Source: Thermoplasmata archaeon | Lineage (GTDB): Archaea; Thermoplasmatota; Thermoplasmata; Lutacidiplasmatales; UBA184 | Length of the DNA stretch: 64,000 bases | Assembly (NCBI GenBank): GCA_028864975.1 | Contig: JAGWLG010000011.1 | Location: 1 to 64,000 of the forward strand | Direction of reading: 5' to 3' | Part shown: piece after piece, positions 18,870 through 28,349 of the stretch | Layout of the letters: every line of letters starts with the position of its first letter | Numbering within the stretch: the first letter of the stretch is position 1 | Translations under genes and position numbers: made by a program | Notes under the pieces: generated by a model | Databases searched by the model: none | Told to the model about the DNA's origin: nothing | Seen by the model: only the letters and a program-made list of their open reading frames with translations

Positions 18870-20687
18870 ATGGACCGAACCGGCCCCACCGCTCGAAAAC
18901 TGCTCCTCGGATCCGTCTGGCTCCTGGTCGCGCTACTGCTGCCCTCCGCCCTCGGCGCGGCCCCGAGCTCGTCCCACCCTGGGGCCGTCACGAACTTCAA
19001 CCTCACCAGCGCGAACGCGAACATTTCTCTGGCGGTCGAAGGGACCGGCGGCACGTTCTGGGAAGGCTCGTACTACCCGAGCGCGGGGGGCGACGGCGCC
19101 CTAACGTTCGGCAGCGGGTCCCCCTGGGGCTCGGACGCACTCTCGGTCAACGACAGCGCGACCCCCGGCGCCATCCTCTGGGGGAACGACGGCACGCTGG
19201 GGGCTCACGTGGTGAGCTCCGGCACGACCTCCTCCACCACGGGTTACGTCCTCTGGGTCACCCCGAACCTCCGGATCAATGAGACCTACACCATCCTGCC
19301 GGTCCCGGGCCACCCGGGAGAGGGCTTTGTGGAGTACAACGCCTCGGTCACGAACTCAGGGCCGACGGCGGACATCCGCCTCCGTTTCTACTTCGACACC
19401 CAGCTCAACAGCAACGACGGAGCTCCCTTCTTCGTCCCCGGGATCGGTGAAGTGCAGAACGAGACCACGATCACCGCGGCTTGGCCTTACATCGAGGACT
19501 ACGACAACTACAACACCCCGACGATCGTCGGGCTATTCTCCCCCCTTCCGGGGAGCCCCAGCCCTTACCTCACGCAGCTCACGGCCTGGCCGCTCAGTAG
19601 CGGATCGAACTGGAGTTACACGACCAACCCGACTCAAACGGTCACCAGCGACTCCGCCGCCCAGTTCTTCTACGACCTGGGTACGATGTCCTCTGGGACC
19701 ACGAGCTACGCTGGGATCGAGTACGGCCTTGGCCAGATCGGTTCCGGTGGCGGCGGCACCCAGGGGAGCGCGCGGATCAACGCGGTATCCGCGGACCGGA
19801 GCCAGTACAACCCGGGCCAGTCGTTCTCCGATGAAGTAACGATCGGTAGCACACGCACCCAGTCCACCAGTTCTACGGTGAATCTCGCCGTCTGGGGACC
19901 GGGCGACACCTCTCCCTCTGTCACCCAGAACCAGGACGTGACCCTTCGAGCCTCCTCCTCGGTCTACTCGGTCGCGTTCTCCTACGCGAACTTCACCGGT
20001 TCGATGCCGACCCCTACGGGGCTCTATCAGGTGGTCGCTACGCTCACCATCAACGGATACAACGTCTCGACCGGATCGACCACGGTCTCCGTGATCCCGT
20101 TCACGATCGGTGCGACCCACTCCCCCGCGACACCCTACTCGAACCAGTCGATCGGTTTCACCGTGCAGGTGAACCTCGCCTCGGCGACCTACACGACGCT
20201 CTACATCGATGGGAGCGCTGTGTCGACCTGGGCCGCGGGCGGCGGGACGTTCAACTTCGTGAGCACGCCGCTCACCGCGGGGCACCACACCTACAATGCG
20301 ACGTCCCACAACGCGGGGACGCTCGTCTCGACGTCCGTCTACAGCTTCAACGTCGTGACCTGGACCGCACAGAACCCGCACCAGGGCGGCACGACCTCCT
20401 CCAGCCCGCTCTCGGGGATCCTGCTCCCAGTGATTGTCGCGGTGGTGGCCATCTTGGCGGCCGTGCTTCTCCTCTTCCTGTTCTTGCGCCGCCGCAAGCG
20501 TGCGCCTCTGCCCCCGGCGGCGGCTCCCCCTGCGGCACCCCCACCGGCTCCTGTCGCGTACGCCCCGCCTCCGACGGCCCCTCCGGCGTACGCCCCGCCG
20601 CCCTCGGTGCCACCTTCTCCGCCACCCTACGCACCGTCTCCTCCACCGTACGCTCCTCCGCCCCCTCCCCCACCTCCGATGGGGTGA
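18870..20687 (+). CDS. Secreted surface protein with C-terminal TM anchor and Pro/Tyr-rich tail
   Basis: Signal peptide, Ser/Thr/Gly-rich beta domains, TM helix (ILLPVIVAVVAILAAVLLLFLFL-RRRKR) and a poly-Pro tail. Confidence 0.85.
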   Translation: MDRTGPTARKLLLGSVWLLVALLLPSALGAAPSSSHPGAVTNFNLTSANANISLAVEGTGGTFWEGSYYPSAGGDGALTFGSGSPWGSDALSVNDSATPGAILWGNDGTLGAHVVSSGTTSSTTGYVLWVTPNLRINETYTILPVPGHPGEGFVEYNASVTNSGPTADIRLRFYFDTQLNSNDGAPFFVPGIGEVQNETTITAAWPYIEDYDNYNTPTIVGLFSPLPGSPSPYLTQLTAWPLSSGSNWSYTTNPTQTVTSDSAAQFFYDLGTMSSGTTSYAGIEYGLGQIGSGGGGTQGSARINAVSADRSQYNPGQSFSDEVTIGSTRTQSTSSTVNLAVWGPGDTSPSVTQNQDVTLRASSSVYSVAFSYANFTGSMPTPTGLYQVVATLTINGYNVSTGSTTVSVIPFTIGATHSPATPYSNQSIGFTVQVNLASATYTTLYIDGSAVSTWAAGGGTFNFVSTPLTAGHHTYNATSHNAGTLVSTSVYSFNVVTWTAQNPHQGGTTSSSPLSGILLPVIVAVVAILAAVLLLFLFLRRRKRAPLPPAAAPPAAPPPAPVAYAPPPTAPPAYAPPPSVPPSPPPYAPSPPPYAPPPPPPPPMG

Positions 20688-20790
20688 GGGGGGCCGCGCA
20701 CGGTGCCCCTGCAGGGATCTTTCGCGGGACCTCCCTGCTTGAGCGAGGCTTCATCCTCTCCTTGGGGCATCCCCCGGACAACGCGGTCCG

Positions 20791-21390
20791 ATGCGGGGGC
20801 TCTACATCGGGAGGTTCCAACCCTTCCACAACGGGCATCTCGAGCTCGTCCACCACATCCTGGGGACCTTCCACCCCCAGGAGCTCTTGATCGGCATCGG
20901 GAGCGCTCAGGTCTCGCACACCCCGCACAACCCCTTCACCGCGGGGGAACGCTTCGAGATGGTCCGCAGGGCCCTCTTCGCGGAGCACCTCGAGGACTTC
21001 TGGCCCCTCCCCATCCCCGATGTCGATCGCCACGCGATATGGGTCGCCCATGTCGTGTCCCTTGTGCCCTCCTTCGACCAGGTCTACTCCAACGACCCCC
21101 TGACCGTCCACTTGTTCCGGGAGGAGGGGTACGAGGTCCCCCGCCTACCGTTCTTCAACCGAGGACAGTACGAGGGGAGCGAGATCCGTCGGAGAATGGC
21201 CGCGGGGCAATCCTGGCAGGAGCTCGTCCCGGCCGCGGTCCGGGTCTACCTCGAAGAGATTAAGGGGGAGGAGCGGGTGCGACTGCTCTCCGGGTCGCCG
21301 GAAGCGGCCCGGCTAGCGCAGGGCAACCATGGGACAGGGCGAGACCCCCTCCCCCGCGCGCCCTCCATCCACCGCGAAGAAGGCCGGTGA
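20791..21390 (+). CDS. nadM: Nicotinamide-nucleotide adenylyltransferase (archaeal NMNAT)
   Basis: GRFQPFHNGH, IGSAQ, HTPHNPFTAGER and GSEIR motifs. Confidence 0.93.
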   Translation: MRGLYIGRFQPFHNGHLELVHHILGTFHPQELLIGIGSAQVSHTPHNPFTAGERFEMVRRALFAEHLEDFWPLPIPDVDRHAIWVAHVVSLVPSFDQVYSNDPLTVHLFREEGYEVPRLPFFNRGQYEGSEIRRRMAAGQSWQELVPAAVRVYLEEIKGEERVRLLSGSPEAARLAQGNHGTGRDPLPRAPSIHREEGR

Positions 21391-22564
21391 CGTCGAGGGC
21401 CCGACCTGGGCGTTCGACACGATCGCGGTCCACGGCGCGCACGAACCGGACCTGAACGCGGGCTCGGTGCTGCCCCCGATCTATCAGACCTCGACCTACC
21501 ACTACCCTGCGCCCTTCTCGGAGGCCCGAGAGCCCGGGCGGGTCCACCTGTACACCCGAGTGGACAATCCCAACCAGGAGCAGGCGGGCGAGGTGATTCG
21601 CCGGCTCGAGGGGGCGGAAGCGGGGCGGGTCTTCTCCTCGGGCATGGCGGCGCTCTCGGCGGCCCTTCTCGGCCTCCTCAAGCAGGGAGAGGAGGTCGTG
21701 GCCTTGGAGGACCTCTACGGGAACACCGTGACGCTCCTTCGCGACGACTTCCCACGCTTCGGTCTCAAGGTCCGATGGGTCCCGTCCGACCGGTCCTCCG
21801 ACGTCCGCAGCTTCCTCTCGCCCCAGACACGGCTCCTTCTGCTGGAGAGCCCCACGAACCCCACGCTCCGCGTACACGACATCGGGCTTTGGGCGCGCGT
21901 CGCGCACGACGCGGGGGCGCTCCTGCTGGTCGACAACACCTTCGCGAGCCCGGTGAACCAGAACCCGGTGGCGCTCGGGGCGGACCTCGTGATGCACTCG
22001 GCGACGAAGTCGCTGGGGGGCCACTCGGACATCATCGCGGGGGCCCTGGCGGGGCGCACCTCGCTCCTCGAGCGGATGGACGGTTTCGCCCACACCCTGG
22101 GAGGCTCGCTCGACCCTCTGGCGGCGTTCCTGCTGGTCCGGGGGATCAAGACCCTCCCCCTTCGCGTGAGGCGTCAGAACGAGAACGGGCGGGCGGTGGT
22201 CGAGGGGCTTCAGGGCCACCCCAAGGTCGAGCGGCTTCACTTCCCCGGCAGCGCCTCCGACCCGGAAGAGAAGCTCTGCCAGCGTCAGATGCGTGGACGA
22301 ACGGGGATGGTCTCGGTCGTCGTCCGCGGCGGGCGAGAAGGGGCGCGGAGGTTCATGGGAGCGTTGCGGCTCATCCATCCCGCGAGCTCGCTCGGAGGGG
22401 TCGAGAGCCTGGCGAGCATGCCCGTCGAGACCTCGCACAGGCAGCTCTCTCTCGAGGAGCTCCACCGACGGGGCATCGCGGAGGGGATGGTGCGCCTCTC
22501 CCTGGGTGTCGAGGACCCGGGGGACCTCCTTGCGGACCTCAAGAGAGCGCTGGATCAGGTCTGA
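21329..22564 (+). CDS. Cys/Met metabolism PLP enzyme (cystathionine gamma-synthase / methionine gamma-lyase family)
   Basis: YTRVDNP, FSSGMAA, LESPTNP, VDNTFASP, HSATKSLGGHSD and ASSLGGVESL motifs. Confidence 0.9.
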   Translation: MGQGETPSPARPPSTAKKAGDVEGPTWAFDTIAVHGAHEPDLNAGSVLPPIYQTSTYHYPAPFSEAREPGRVHLYTRVDNPNQEQAGEVIRRLEGAEAGRVFSSGMAALSAALLGLLKQGEEVVALEDLYGNTVTLLRDDFPRFGLKVRWVPSDRSSDVRSFLSPQTRLLLLESPTNPTLRVHDIGLWARVAHDAGALLLVDNTFASPVNQNPVALGADLVMHSATKSLGGHSDIIAGALAGRTSLLERMDGFAHTLGGSLDPLAAFLLVRGIKTLPLRVRRQNENGRAVVEGLQGHPKVERLHFPGSASDPEEKLCQRQMRGRTGMVSVVVRGGREGARRFMGALRLIHPASSLGGVESLASMPVETSHRQLSLEELHRRGIAEGMVRLSLGVEDPGDLLADLKRALDQV

Positions 22565-23552
22565 CCGGGGTCCCGGCCCGTCTCCCTCCGTGTGAGGTGA
22601 GGGCCTTCTGGACCCGCACCGACTCCGCGAGGAGCCACTCCGCGAGCCGATCGGCCCGTTCCGGCTCGATCGAGGCGAGCGCAAGACCGTCCCTCCAGCG
22701 GGTGCGGACGAGGGCCTCGGTCCTGGGATCTCGGACCTCCGATCCTGAGCGAGCCTTGACCTCCCCGATGCGCCGGGCGAGGTCCAGCCGATGCAGGATC
22801 CCCCGCTGCAATTGGAGGTCGACGCGCTGGACCTCGAGCCGAAGAAGATCGAGCTCGGTCGTCCGACGGGACGGTGGAGGTCTCGCGGCAGCGGCTTGGG
22901 GGGGGAGCGAAGGGGAGCGACGGAGCAGAAGGAACCGGGTCACGTTGGGCGTGCGGTCGGCGAGGCCGACGCGGAGCACGCTCAATCGGTGGAGACGAGC
23001 GGCCTCCGCGCTCGCGAGGGCCGCGACACTTCGTTCCCCCTGTTCCACCACTTCTCGAGCGCTTCCTGCCGTGTCCTCGGCCGTCTCGAGCTTGAGCCCC
23101 ATTCGAGCGAGGTTCCCCTTGCACTGGGCAAGGGCGTGCGGATGAGATCGGACGGACCGGAGCTCGGAGATACGGACGCCGGGAAGAGCGAGAAGGGCGT
23201 GGTCGATGGGCAGATGGAGGCCTCCCACCACAGCGAGCCCTCCGCGAAGGAGCTCTCGCCGGGTCTCCGGGATGGTCCCCATGGTGGAGTTCTCGATGGG
23301 GGCGATAGCCTGGTCGACCCGGCCCTCCCGGAGGCGAGCGAACAACGAGCGGAAGGTCGGGACCCCGAGGGCGGGCACCCCGGGCCCCAGCAGCTTGCGC
23401 AGCGCGATCTCGCTGTGCGCCCCTGGCTCACCTTGGTATGCCACGACGGGAAACTCCGGCGACGCGCTCCACGCTCTGAGCCCAAGGCCCGGCGTGCGGG
23501 GGAGATGCTCGCCCCGGAGATCCCGGGGCCGGGTAGAGTGTCCTCTGGACAT
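22539..23552 (-). CDS. pheA: Prephenate dehydratase fused to a C-terminal AroQ chorismate mutase (no ACT domain)
   Basis: PDT motifs AYQGEPGAHSE, PIENSTMG, SHPHALAQC and NVTRF, then a linker and the AroQ-like segment LDLLRLEVQRVD...RIGEVK...VRDPRTE...ESVRVQ. Confidence 0.85.
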   Translation of the reverse strand: MSRGHSTRPRDLRGEHLPRTPGLGLRAWSASPEFPVVAYQGEPGAHSEIALRKLLGPGVPALGVPTFRSLFARLREGRVDQAIAPIENSTMGTIPETRRELLRGGLAVVGGLHLPIDHALLALPGVRISELRSVRSHPHALAQCKGNLARMGLKLETAEDTAGSAREVVEQGERSVAALASAEAARLHRLSVLRVGLADRTPNVTRFLLLRRSPSLPPQAAAARPPPSRRTTELDLLRLEVQRVDLQLQRGILHRLDLARRIGEVKARSGSEVRDPRTEALVRTRWRDGLALASIEPERADRLAEWLLAESVRVQKALTSHGGRRAGTPVRPDPALS

Positions 23553-23677
23553 CGACGTTGAGCGGTCGCCCGATCTTCGGGCGCCGCGGTCAGAAATACG
23601 GGAAGAACGCGGCGGGCGGCGTGGACGATCTCTGGGAGCGCGCCATGTTCGCGGGCGTCCATCCCATCGGACTATTT

Positions 23678-24661
23678 CTACGCTAGCTGAGGGGGATCCT
23701 CGGTCCGAGGGTTTGCCCTCACCCAGAAGACCGCTTCAGTCCCTTCGACTACATGGAACCCGAGCGAGGAGTAGAGGTGGAAGGCCGCGAGGTTCTCGCG
23801 GAGGACGTTGAGCTCGAGCTCGGAGTGACCGGCGTGGTCCACCGCCTCGAGGGTCGCGGCGAGCAGTGCCCGACCGATCCCTCGTCCCTGGACCGCGGGG
23901 TCCACCATGATCTCGAGGAGGAGGGGGCAGCGGCGCGGAGGCACCGTGACCAGCGTGGCACCGAGGAGACCTCTCTCCTCGCGATAAGCCAGCGAGGCCT
24001 CTCCCAGCCACGGACCCCACACTTCTCCGAGAAGCCCCTCCCAGACCCCATCGAAGTCTCGCCCCAGGTCGCCGTCGTCGACCCAGCCCCGGTCGAGGCT
24101 CGCGCCGAAAGCCTTCACGTAGAGGGCCTTCAGGCCTTGGCGGTCCTCATCGCAGATGGGGGAGGGTGGCCGGCCGCCCGGCCGGCGCCCTTCGAGAGGG
24201 GCGGGCGCGGAGTCGGAAGTTCGGACCGTGCGTCGCATGGCCGTCCGCCTCTGCCTTGCGAATCCCCGTGACCGCAGGACGAGCCCCACATCCTCTGACG
24301 ATATCCCCGGCACCTCCTCGGGGACCGCGACGAGGGGCGCGTCGGCCTCTCGTCGCTGGAGGAGGTCCAGGAACCGCGCGAGGGTAGTGGGGTGTCGGTA
24401 CCCATCGGCCAGGAAGACGTGCGAGATGCGTCGACCGAGACGGGGGACCTCCTTCCAAGTGGCGATCCCGATTGCGTCCTCCTTCGGACCGACCCATATC
24501 GCCCCCGTCGCCCGTCCTTCCCGGATCTCCTCCCGTAGCGGCGGGAGGGCGAGGGCGAGCCAAGCTTGCTGCGAGGGAGCGGCGGCGGCCTCGTAGTCCG
24601 TGAGCAGGCGCAGGGCCTCCTCCGGGGCGTCCCGAAGAGCGAGCAACTCCAGCGCGGCCAA
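23678..24661 (-). CDS. GNAT family N-acetyltransferase (tandem GNAT-like domains)
   Basis: Acetyl-CoA motif VDPAVQGRGIGRALL and NLAAFHLYSSLGF. The track start (24727) overlaps the tRNA, so TTG at 24661 is assumed. Confidence 0.8.
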   Translation of the reverse strand: MAALELLALRDAPEEALRLLTDYEAAAAPSQQAWLALALPPLREEIREGRATGAIWVGPKEDAIGIATWKEVPRLGRRISHVFLADGYRHPTTLARFLDLLQRREADAPLVAVPEEVPGISSEDVGLVLRSRGFARQRRTAMRRTVRTSDSAPAPLEGRRPGGRPPSPICDEDRQGLKALYVKAFGASLDRGWVDDGDLGRDFDGVWEGLLGEVWGPWLGEASLAYREERGLLGATLVTVPPRRCPLLLEIMVDPAVQGRGIGRALLAATLEAVDHAGHSELELNVLRENLAAFHLYSSLGFHVVEGTEAVFWVRANPRTEDPPQLA

Positions 24662-24690
24662 GGGCTCCGGCTGAGCCCACGGCCGTTCGA

Positions 24691-24696
24691 TATATA
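24691..24696 (+). promoter_or_regulatory. Putative TATA box of tRNA-Thr
   Basis: TATATA about 27-32 nt upstream of the mature tRNA 5' end, in an otherwise GC-rich context. Confidence 0.5.
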
Positions 24697-24722
24697 CGGG
24701 ATGGATGTCGCCGGCCCACGAC

Positions 24723-24795
24723 GCCACCGTAGCTCAGTTGGCGGAGCGGCTGATTCGTAATCAGCAGGTCGGGGGTTCAAATCCCTCCGGTGGCT
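24723..24795 (+). tRNA. tRNA-Thr (anticodon CGT), intronless, CCA not encoded
   Basis: Acceptor stem GCCACCG/CGGTGGC, D-arm AGCTCAGTTGG, anticodon arm GCTGA-TTCGTAA-TCAGC, T-loop GGTTCAAATCC. Confidence 0.96.
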
Positions 24796-24987
24796 CTCGC
24801 CCCAGGCCTTGGGCTCCGACGGCACCGGTGCTTCCGCTCGCGGCCTATTGATAGGGCCCCGGAGATGCAGGGAGGCATGTCCCCTCGGGATGCGCGTGGG
24901 ATGACGGTGCCGGCGCGTACAAGAACGTCCCACGCGACAGGCCTGTTTCCGGACTCCCCGACCGCGGGGGACGGGCAACGGTGACCC

Positions 24988-25308
24988 ATGCCCCAAGAGT
25001 CGGAACCTTCAACCCCAGAGGCGTCCCCGCTGGAGCTTCTCCGAGCTCTGCGCGACAGGTCGGAGCAAGTGAACGCACGGCTGCTCGAGCTCGGCGAGCA
25101 AGCGTCACGTGTGGGGCCGGAGGACCGCAAGCAGTTCATCGCGTCGCTCCAGCAGATGGCCGCGCAGCAGGCCGAAATGTTCCGCACGCTCGCCTCGATG
25201 ATGGAACGGTTGGTCGCCTTGCAGACAACGCTCACCTCCCCGGTGAAACCCCAGGCGCCTTCGACCGCCGGGCCGAAGACGGGCCCGGACGTCCCGATGT
25301 ACGGCTGA
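24988..25308 (+). CDS. Small coiled-coil hypothetical protein
   Basis: Helical heptad-like sequence (LLRALRDRSEQVNARLLELGEQ...); fills the gap between the tRNA and the response regulator. Confidence 0.65.
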   Translation: MPQESEPSTPEASPLELLRALRDRSEQVNARLLELGEQASRVGPEDRKQFIASLQQMAAQQAEMFRTLASMMERLVALQTTLTSPVKPQAPSTAGPKTGPDVPMYG

Positions 25309-25356
25309 GCGACGCACGTTGGATAGCCAAGCCGAGCGGGCGCCCTCCGGGGCGCC

Positions 25357-26106
25357 TCACCGGCTCGGAACCGGCAGTTCCGAAGCTTGGCGCGGCGGGG
25401 GCGGCGACCCGTCCTCGTTGCGCAGGGTGAGGTGGACGAGGAACTTCCCCGCCGCGTACCGGACCTCAGAATCGCTCGCGAGCTCCCTGTCCCGGGCCTC
25501 GGAGATGACCGCGTTGAGGTCGATCGGGGAGTCGAAGGTCAGGGTGAGCGTGATCTCGGCGAGCCCGGGCGGGACCTCTCCCAGGCGTTTCTTGAGGTCC
25601 GCAAGCAGCTGGATCCCGGTGTCCGAGCCGTCGGCCCCAAGGCCCGCGCCCACACGGAGGGGGTCCCGGCGGTAGACCACCTCCTGGAGCACGGCGACCA
25701 GGGTCTTCGGGTGGAACGGCTTCTCGAGGTAGGTATGGACCCCCGAACCTCGGAAAGCCTCCAGCGCGAGCCCTTCGGTGGAGTGGGCGGTGATGAGGAC
25801 GCGGAGGACATGTGGGTGCTTCTTTCGGAACTCCTTGAGGAGCTCGAGCCCGTTCATCCCCGGCATCTGGTAGTCCGTGATGACCACATCGAAGGGGTCC
25901 CCCTCGGCCTTCGAGAGCGCGGTCTTCGGGTCGTTCGCCACGTACACCTCGGAAGCGAAGCCCGTCGCATGGCGGAGCGCGCTCCCGATCAGCAGGAGCA
26001 TGTCGGCGTCGTCGTCGACGACGAGGATACGATAGCTGCGAGGCGTCCTGGAAGGGGGTGCCAGGGAGGTGCCGGAGGGGGTCTTCGGGGGGTCCGCCGT
26101 CGACAT
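25357..26106 (-). CDS. CheY-like response regulator with unrecognised C-terminal domain
   Basis: ILVVDDD, DVVITDYQMPGMNG (phospho-Asp), LITAH and EKPF receiver motifs. Confidence 0.88.
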   Translation of the reverse strand: MSTADPPKTPSGTSLAPPSRTPRSYRILVVDDDADMLLLIGSALRHATGFASEVYVANDPKTALSKAEGDPFDVVITDYQMPGMNGLELLKEFRKKHPHVLRVLITAHSTEGLALEAFRGSGVHTYLEKPFHPKTLVAVLQEVVYRRDPLRVGAGLGADGSDTGIQLLADLKKRLGEVPPGLAEITLTLTFDSPIDLNAVISEARDRELASDSEVRYAAGKFLVHLTLRNEDGSPPPPRQASELPVPSR

Positions 26107-26284
26107 GAGGGGCGAAAGATGGGATTTCTAGCCTATCAATCCTTCTTTCCGCGTTAAAGAACCTGTGATTCAAGAAGTTGAAGCTCCCGGCGTGTGCATA
26201 GAAATCGAGGCGCTTGCACCACGACATCCTGGGATCCGCGGCCTACATCGTGCCCCGGAGAGTGAAAGGGGCTCCGCGCGGGGC

Positions 26285-27451
26285 TTAACGACGGCGTGGG
26301 GTGTTCTTGGGTGGGGAGGAGGAGGGCCGGGTCCCTGGCCGAACGGGCCTGCTTGTCGGCTTCGTTGCCCAGAGCAACTGGGACGCGTGCCCCTTGAAGA
26401 CGGGGATGGCCTCGAGCGGGACGCCTGCGACCTTCGCGAACTTCGTGAGGTCCGGGTGCTCGACCTTGATCCCGGTGAACCCCGCATCCTTGGCCAACGC
26501 GGCGAGTTCGCGGTCGCTGTAGTACCGGACCCGGCTCGCGATGGGTTCGGGGTCGGCGGGAGTCCCCCGAAGCGCCTCGGTCGTGGTGTAGACTGCGACC
26601 CTCCCCCCGGGGGCGAGGGTCCGGAACATCTCCCGGAACGTCGCGGGGGCGTCCGGCAGGAAGCCGAGCACCCCGGTCATGACGGCGCGGGTGAACCTTC
26701 CATCGGCGAACGGAATGCGATCGGCCTCCGAGTGCACGAGCTCCAGCCGGTCTTGGGCGATCGCCTCCTGGTTCATCTCCTCGGCCACCCGGAGCAGGTC
26801 CAGGCTGTGGTCGATGGCGGCGGCCCGACAACCGCTCTTCAAGGCATCCTGGAGGAAGGCCCCACCACCGCATCCCACCTCGAGCAGGTCGTCCTGCTTC
26901 GTGAGCGAGAGCCTTTCCAAGATCGCGGCGAAGTTCGGCCGGTGGTAGAGCGGGTCGCGGTAGGTCTCCCGCCCGGCTCGGCCGCTAGGGCGGCGAGCGT
27001 GACGGTCGGTAACCCAGTCTCCGAGGCGAGCGGGGCTTGTCGCACGGAAGAGGGTCGTCGCCACTTCGCTCGCGAACCAACCGACCAGCTCCTCCCCCTC
27101 TTCGCTCAGGAGCCCGTGCCCGAAGCCTCGGTGCTCGATGGTGACCCGGGTCCCTCCTTGTTCCGGTGCGAGGCGGACCTCGACCTCGGTCGGAGCGTTC
27201 TTGGCCCAGGTCGGGGGGTGCCACCGGAAACGGATCCCCTCGCCCGGGTCCCAGGCCAGGATGCGAGCGACTTCGGTAGGACGGCCTTTCTTAGGAGCCT
27301 CCAGAAGTCGCCCTCCCTTCTTCGGCTCCAGCTTGAGCTCCACCCCGCCCAGGGCGAGCGCGAGCTCCTCCACAAGCGAGGAGAAGACCTGGGAAGCGGG
27401 CAGCGGGAAGAACGTCGAGACCGAGAGGTCCATCGTGGGCGCCTCTGCCAT
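26285..27451 (-). CDS. SRPBCC/AHSA1-like ligand-binding domain fused to a class I SAM-dependent methyltransferase
   Basis: N-terminal ILAWDPGEGIRFRW...TEVEVRLAPEQGGTRVTIEHRGF, then LLEVGCGGG, IPFADGRF and RTLAPGG. Confidence 0.8.
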   Translation of the reverse strand: MAEAPTMDLSVSTFFPLPASQVFSSLVEELALALGGVELKLEPKKGGRLLEAPKKGRPTEVARILAWDPGEGIRFRWHPPTWAKNAPTEVEVRLAPEQGGTRVTIEHRGFGHGLLSEEGEELVGWFASEVATTLFRATSPARLGDWVTDRHARRPSGRAGRETYRDPLYHRPNFAAILERLSLTKQDDLLEVGCGGGAFLQDALKSGCRAAAIDHSLDLLRVAEEMNQEAIAQDRLELVHSEADRIPFADGRFTRAVMTGVLGFLPDAPATFREMFRTLAPGGRVAVYTTTEALRGTPADPEPIASRVRYYSDRELAALAKDAGFTGIKVEHPDLTKFAKVAGVPLEAIPVFKGHASQLLWATKPTSRPVRPGTRPSSSPPKNTPRRR

Positions 27452-27546
27452 GCCGAGCGGATTGGAGGAGAGGAAGATAAGGGTGGGTCGTTGGCGGCAG
27501 GAGGCACGGAACGTTCATCTTCGTCCAGCGGCGTCCTTCGTGAGGA

Positions 27547-28293
27547 ATGACCCTCAGCACGCGGCTCGCGGTCCTCGTCCTGACCGTAGGGTTCATGATC
27601 GAGGGCGTCGGGGAGGCGTTCGAGTTCGTCTCGAAGCAGTGGCTCCTCGCCCACCTACCGAACGCCCTGCTCGACATCTACTACATCGGCCCGGCGACCA
27701 CGGTGGTGGGCTTCCTCTTCGCCTTCGCCGGACGCCACGAGTGGTCGGAACTCCACCGCAGGCACGTCCTGCATGGCCACAAGGCCCTGCTCATCGCCAT
27801 CGCCCTCCTGGGGTCCGTCGCGACGGTGGTCGCCCTCCTGGTCTACGAGTTCCCCGGTGCTGCGGTGCCCATCCTCCTCCCATGGGTCATGGGTGTCGCG
27901 GTCGCGGTGGGCCTGGGGAGCTCCTTCCTGAGCTACCTCCTGATCGGGTTCCACATCACCACACAACGGGGGAAGGCCTGCCTGGTCGCTGCCCTGGCCT
28001 GGGGCGTTCTGGTCTCGGTGATCGCCGGGTACGAGGTGGGGGCCAACTTCGTCTCGCTCGTGGCCTCGTTGCGAACGGGGAATCTTTCGGTCGCCAACTC
28101 GTTGAGCTCCCTGCTGGTGGTTACGACCATCCTCTTTGTGAGCTACTTCCTGCTCATGTTCGCCTACCGCGACGCCTACCAACAGCTCCTGCGGGGGATC
28201 CTACCGAAGGGCCACACCCCGGCGAAGCACTACCGAGGACCACCGCAGGGGGTGCCTCCCGCGGCTCCCTCGGTCCCGCCGAGCGGGAACTAG
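27547..28293 (+). CDS. Hypothetical multi-pass membrane protein
   Basis: About 6 hydrophobic helices; TATA-like GATAAG upstream. Confidence 0.7.
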   Translation: MTLSTRLAVLVLTVGFMIEGVGEAFEFVSKQWLLAHLPNALLDIYYIGPATTVVGFLFAFAGRHEWSELHRRHVLHGHKALLIAIALLGSVATVVALLVYEFPGAAVPILLPWVMGVAVAVGLGSSFLSYLLIGFHITTQRGKACLVAALAWGVLVSVIAGYEVGANFVSLVASLRTGNLSVANSLSSLLVVTTILFVSYFLLMFAYRDAYQQLLRGILPKGHTPAKHYRGPPQGVPPAAPSVPPSGN

Positions 28294-28349
28294 GGTGGCG
28301 GTCCCCCGGCCACGCTCGGCTTTCATACGTGGGCTCCTCCTCGAACGTG

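Noticed and set aside
24662-24727. Track start of the GNAT ORF at 24727
   Set aside because: It overlaps the tRNA-Thr 5' end and its TATA box; a downstream start is more plausible.
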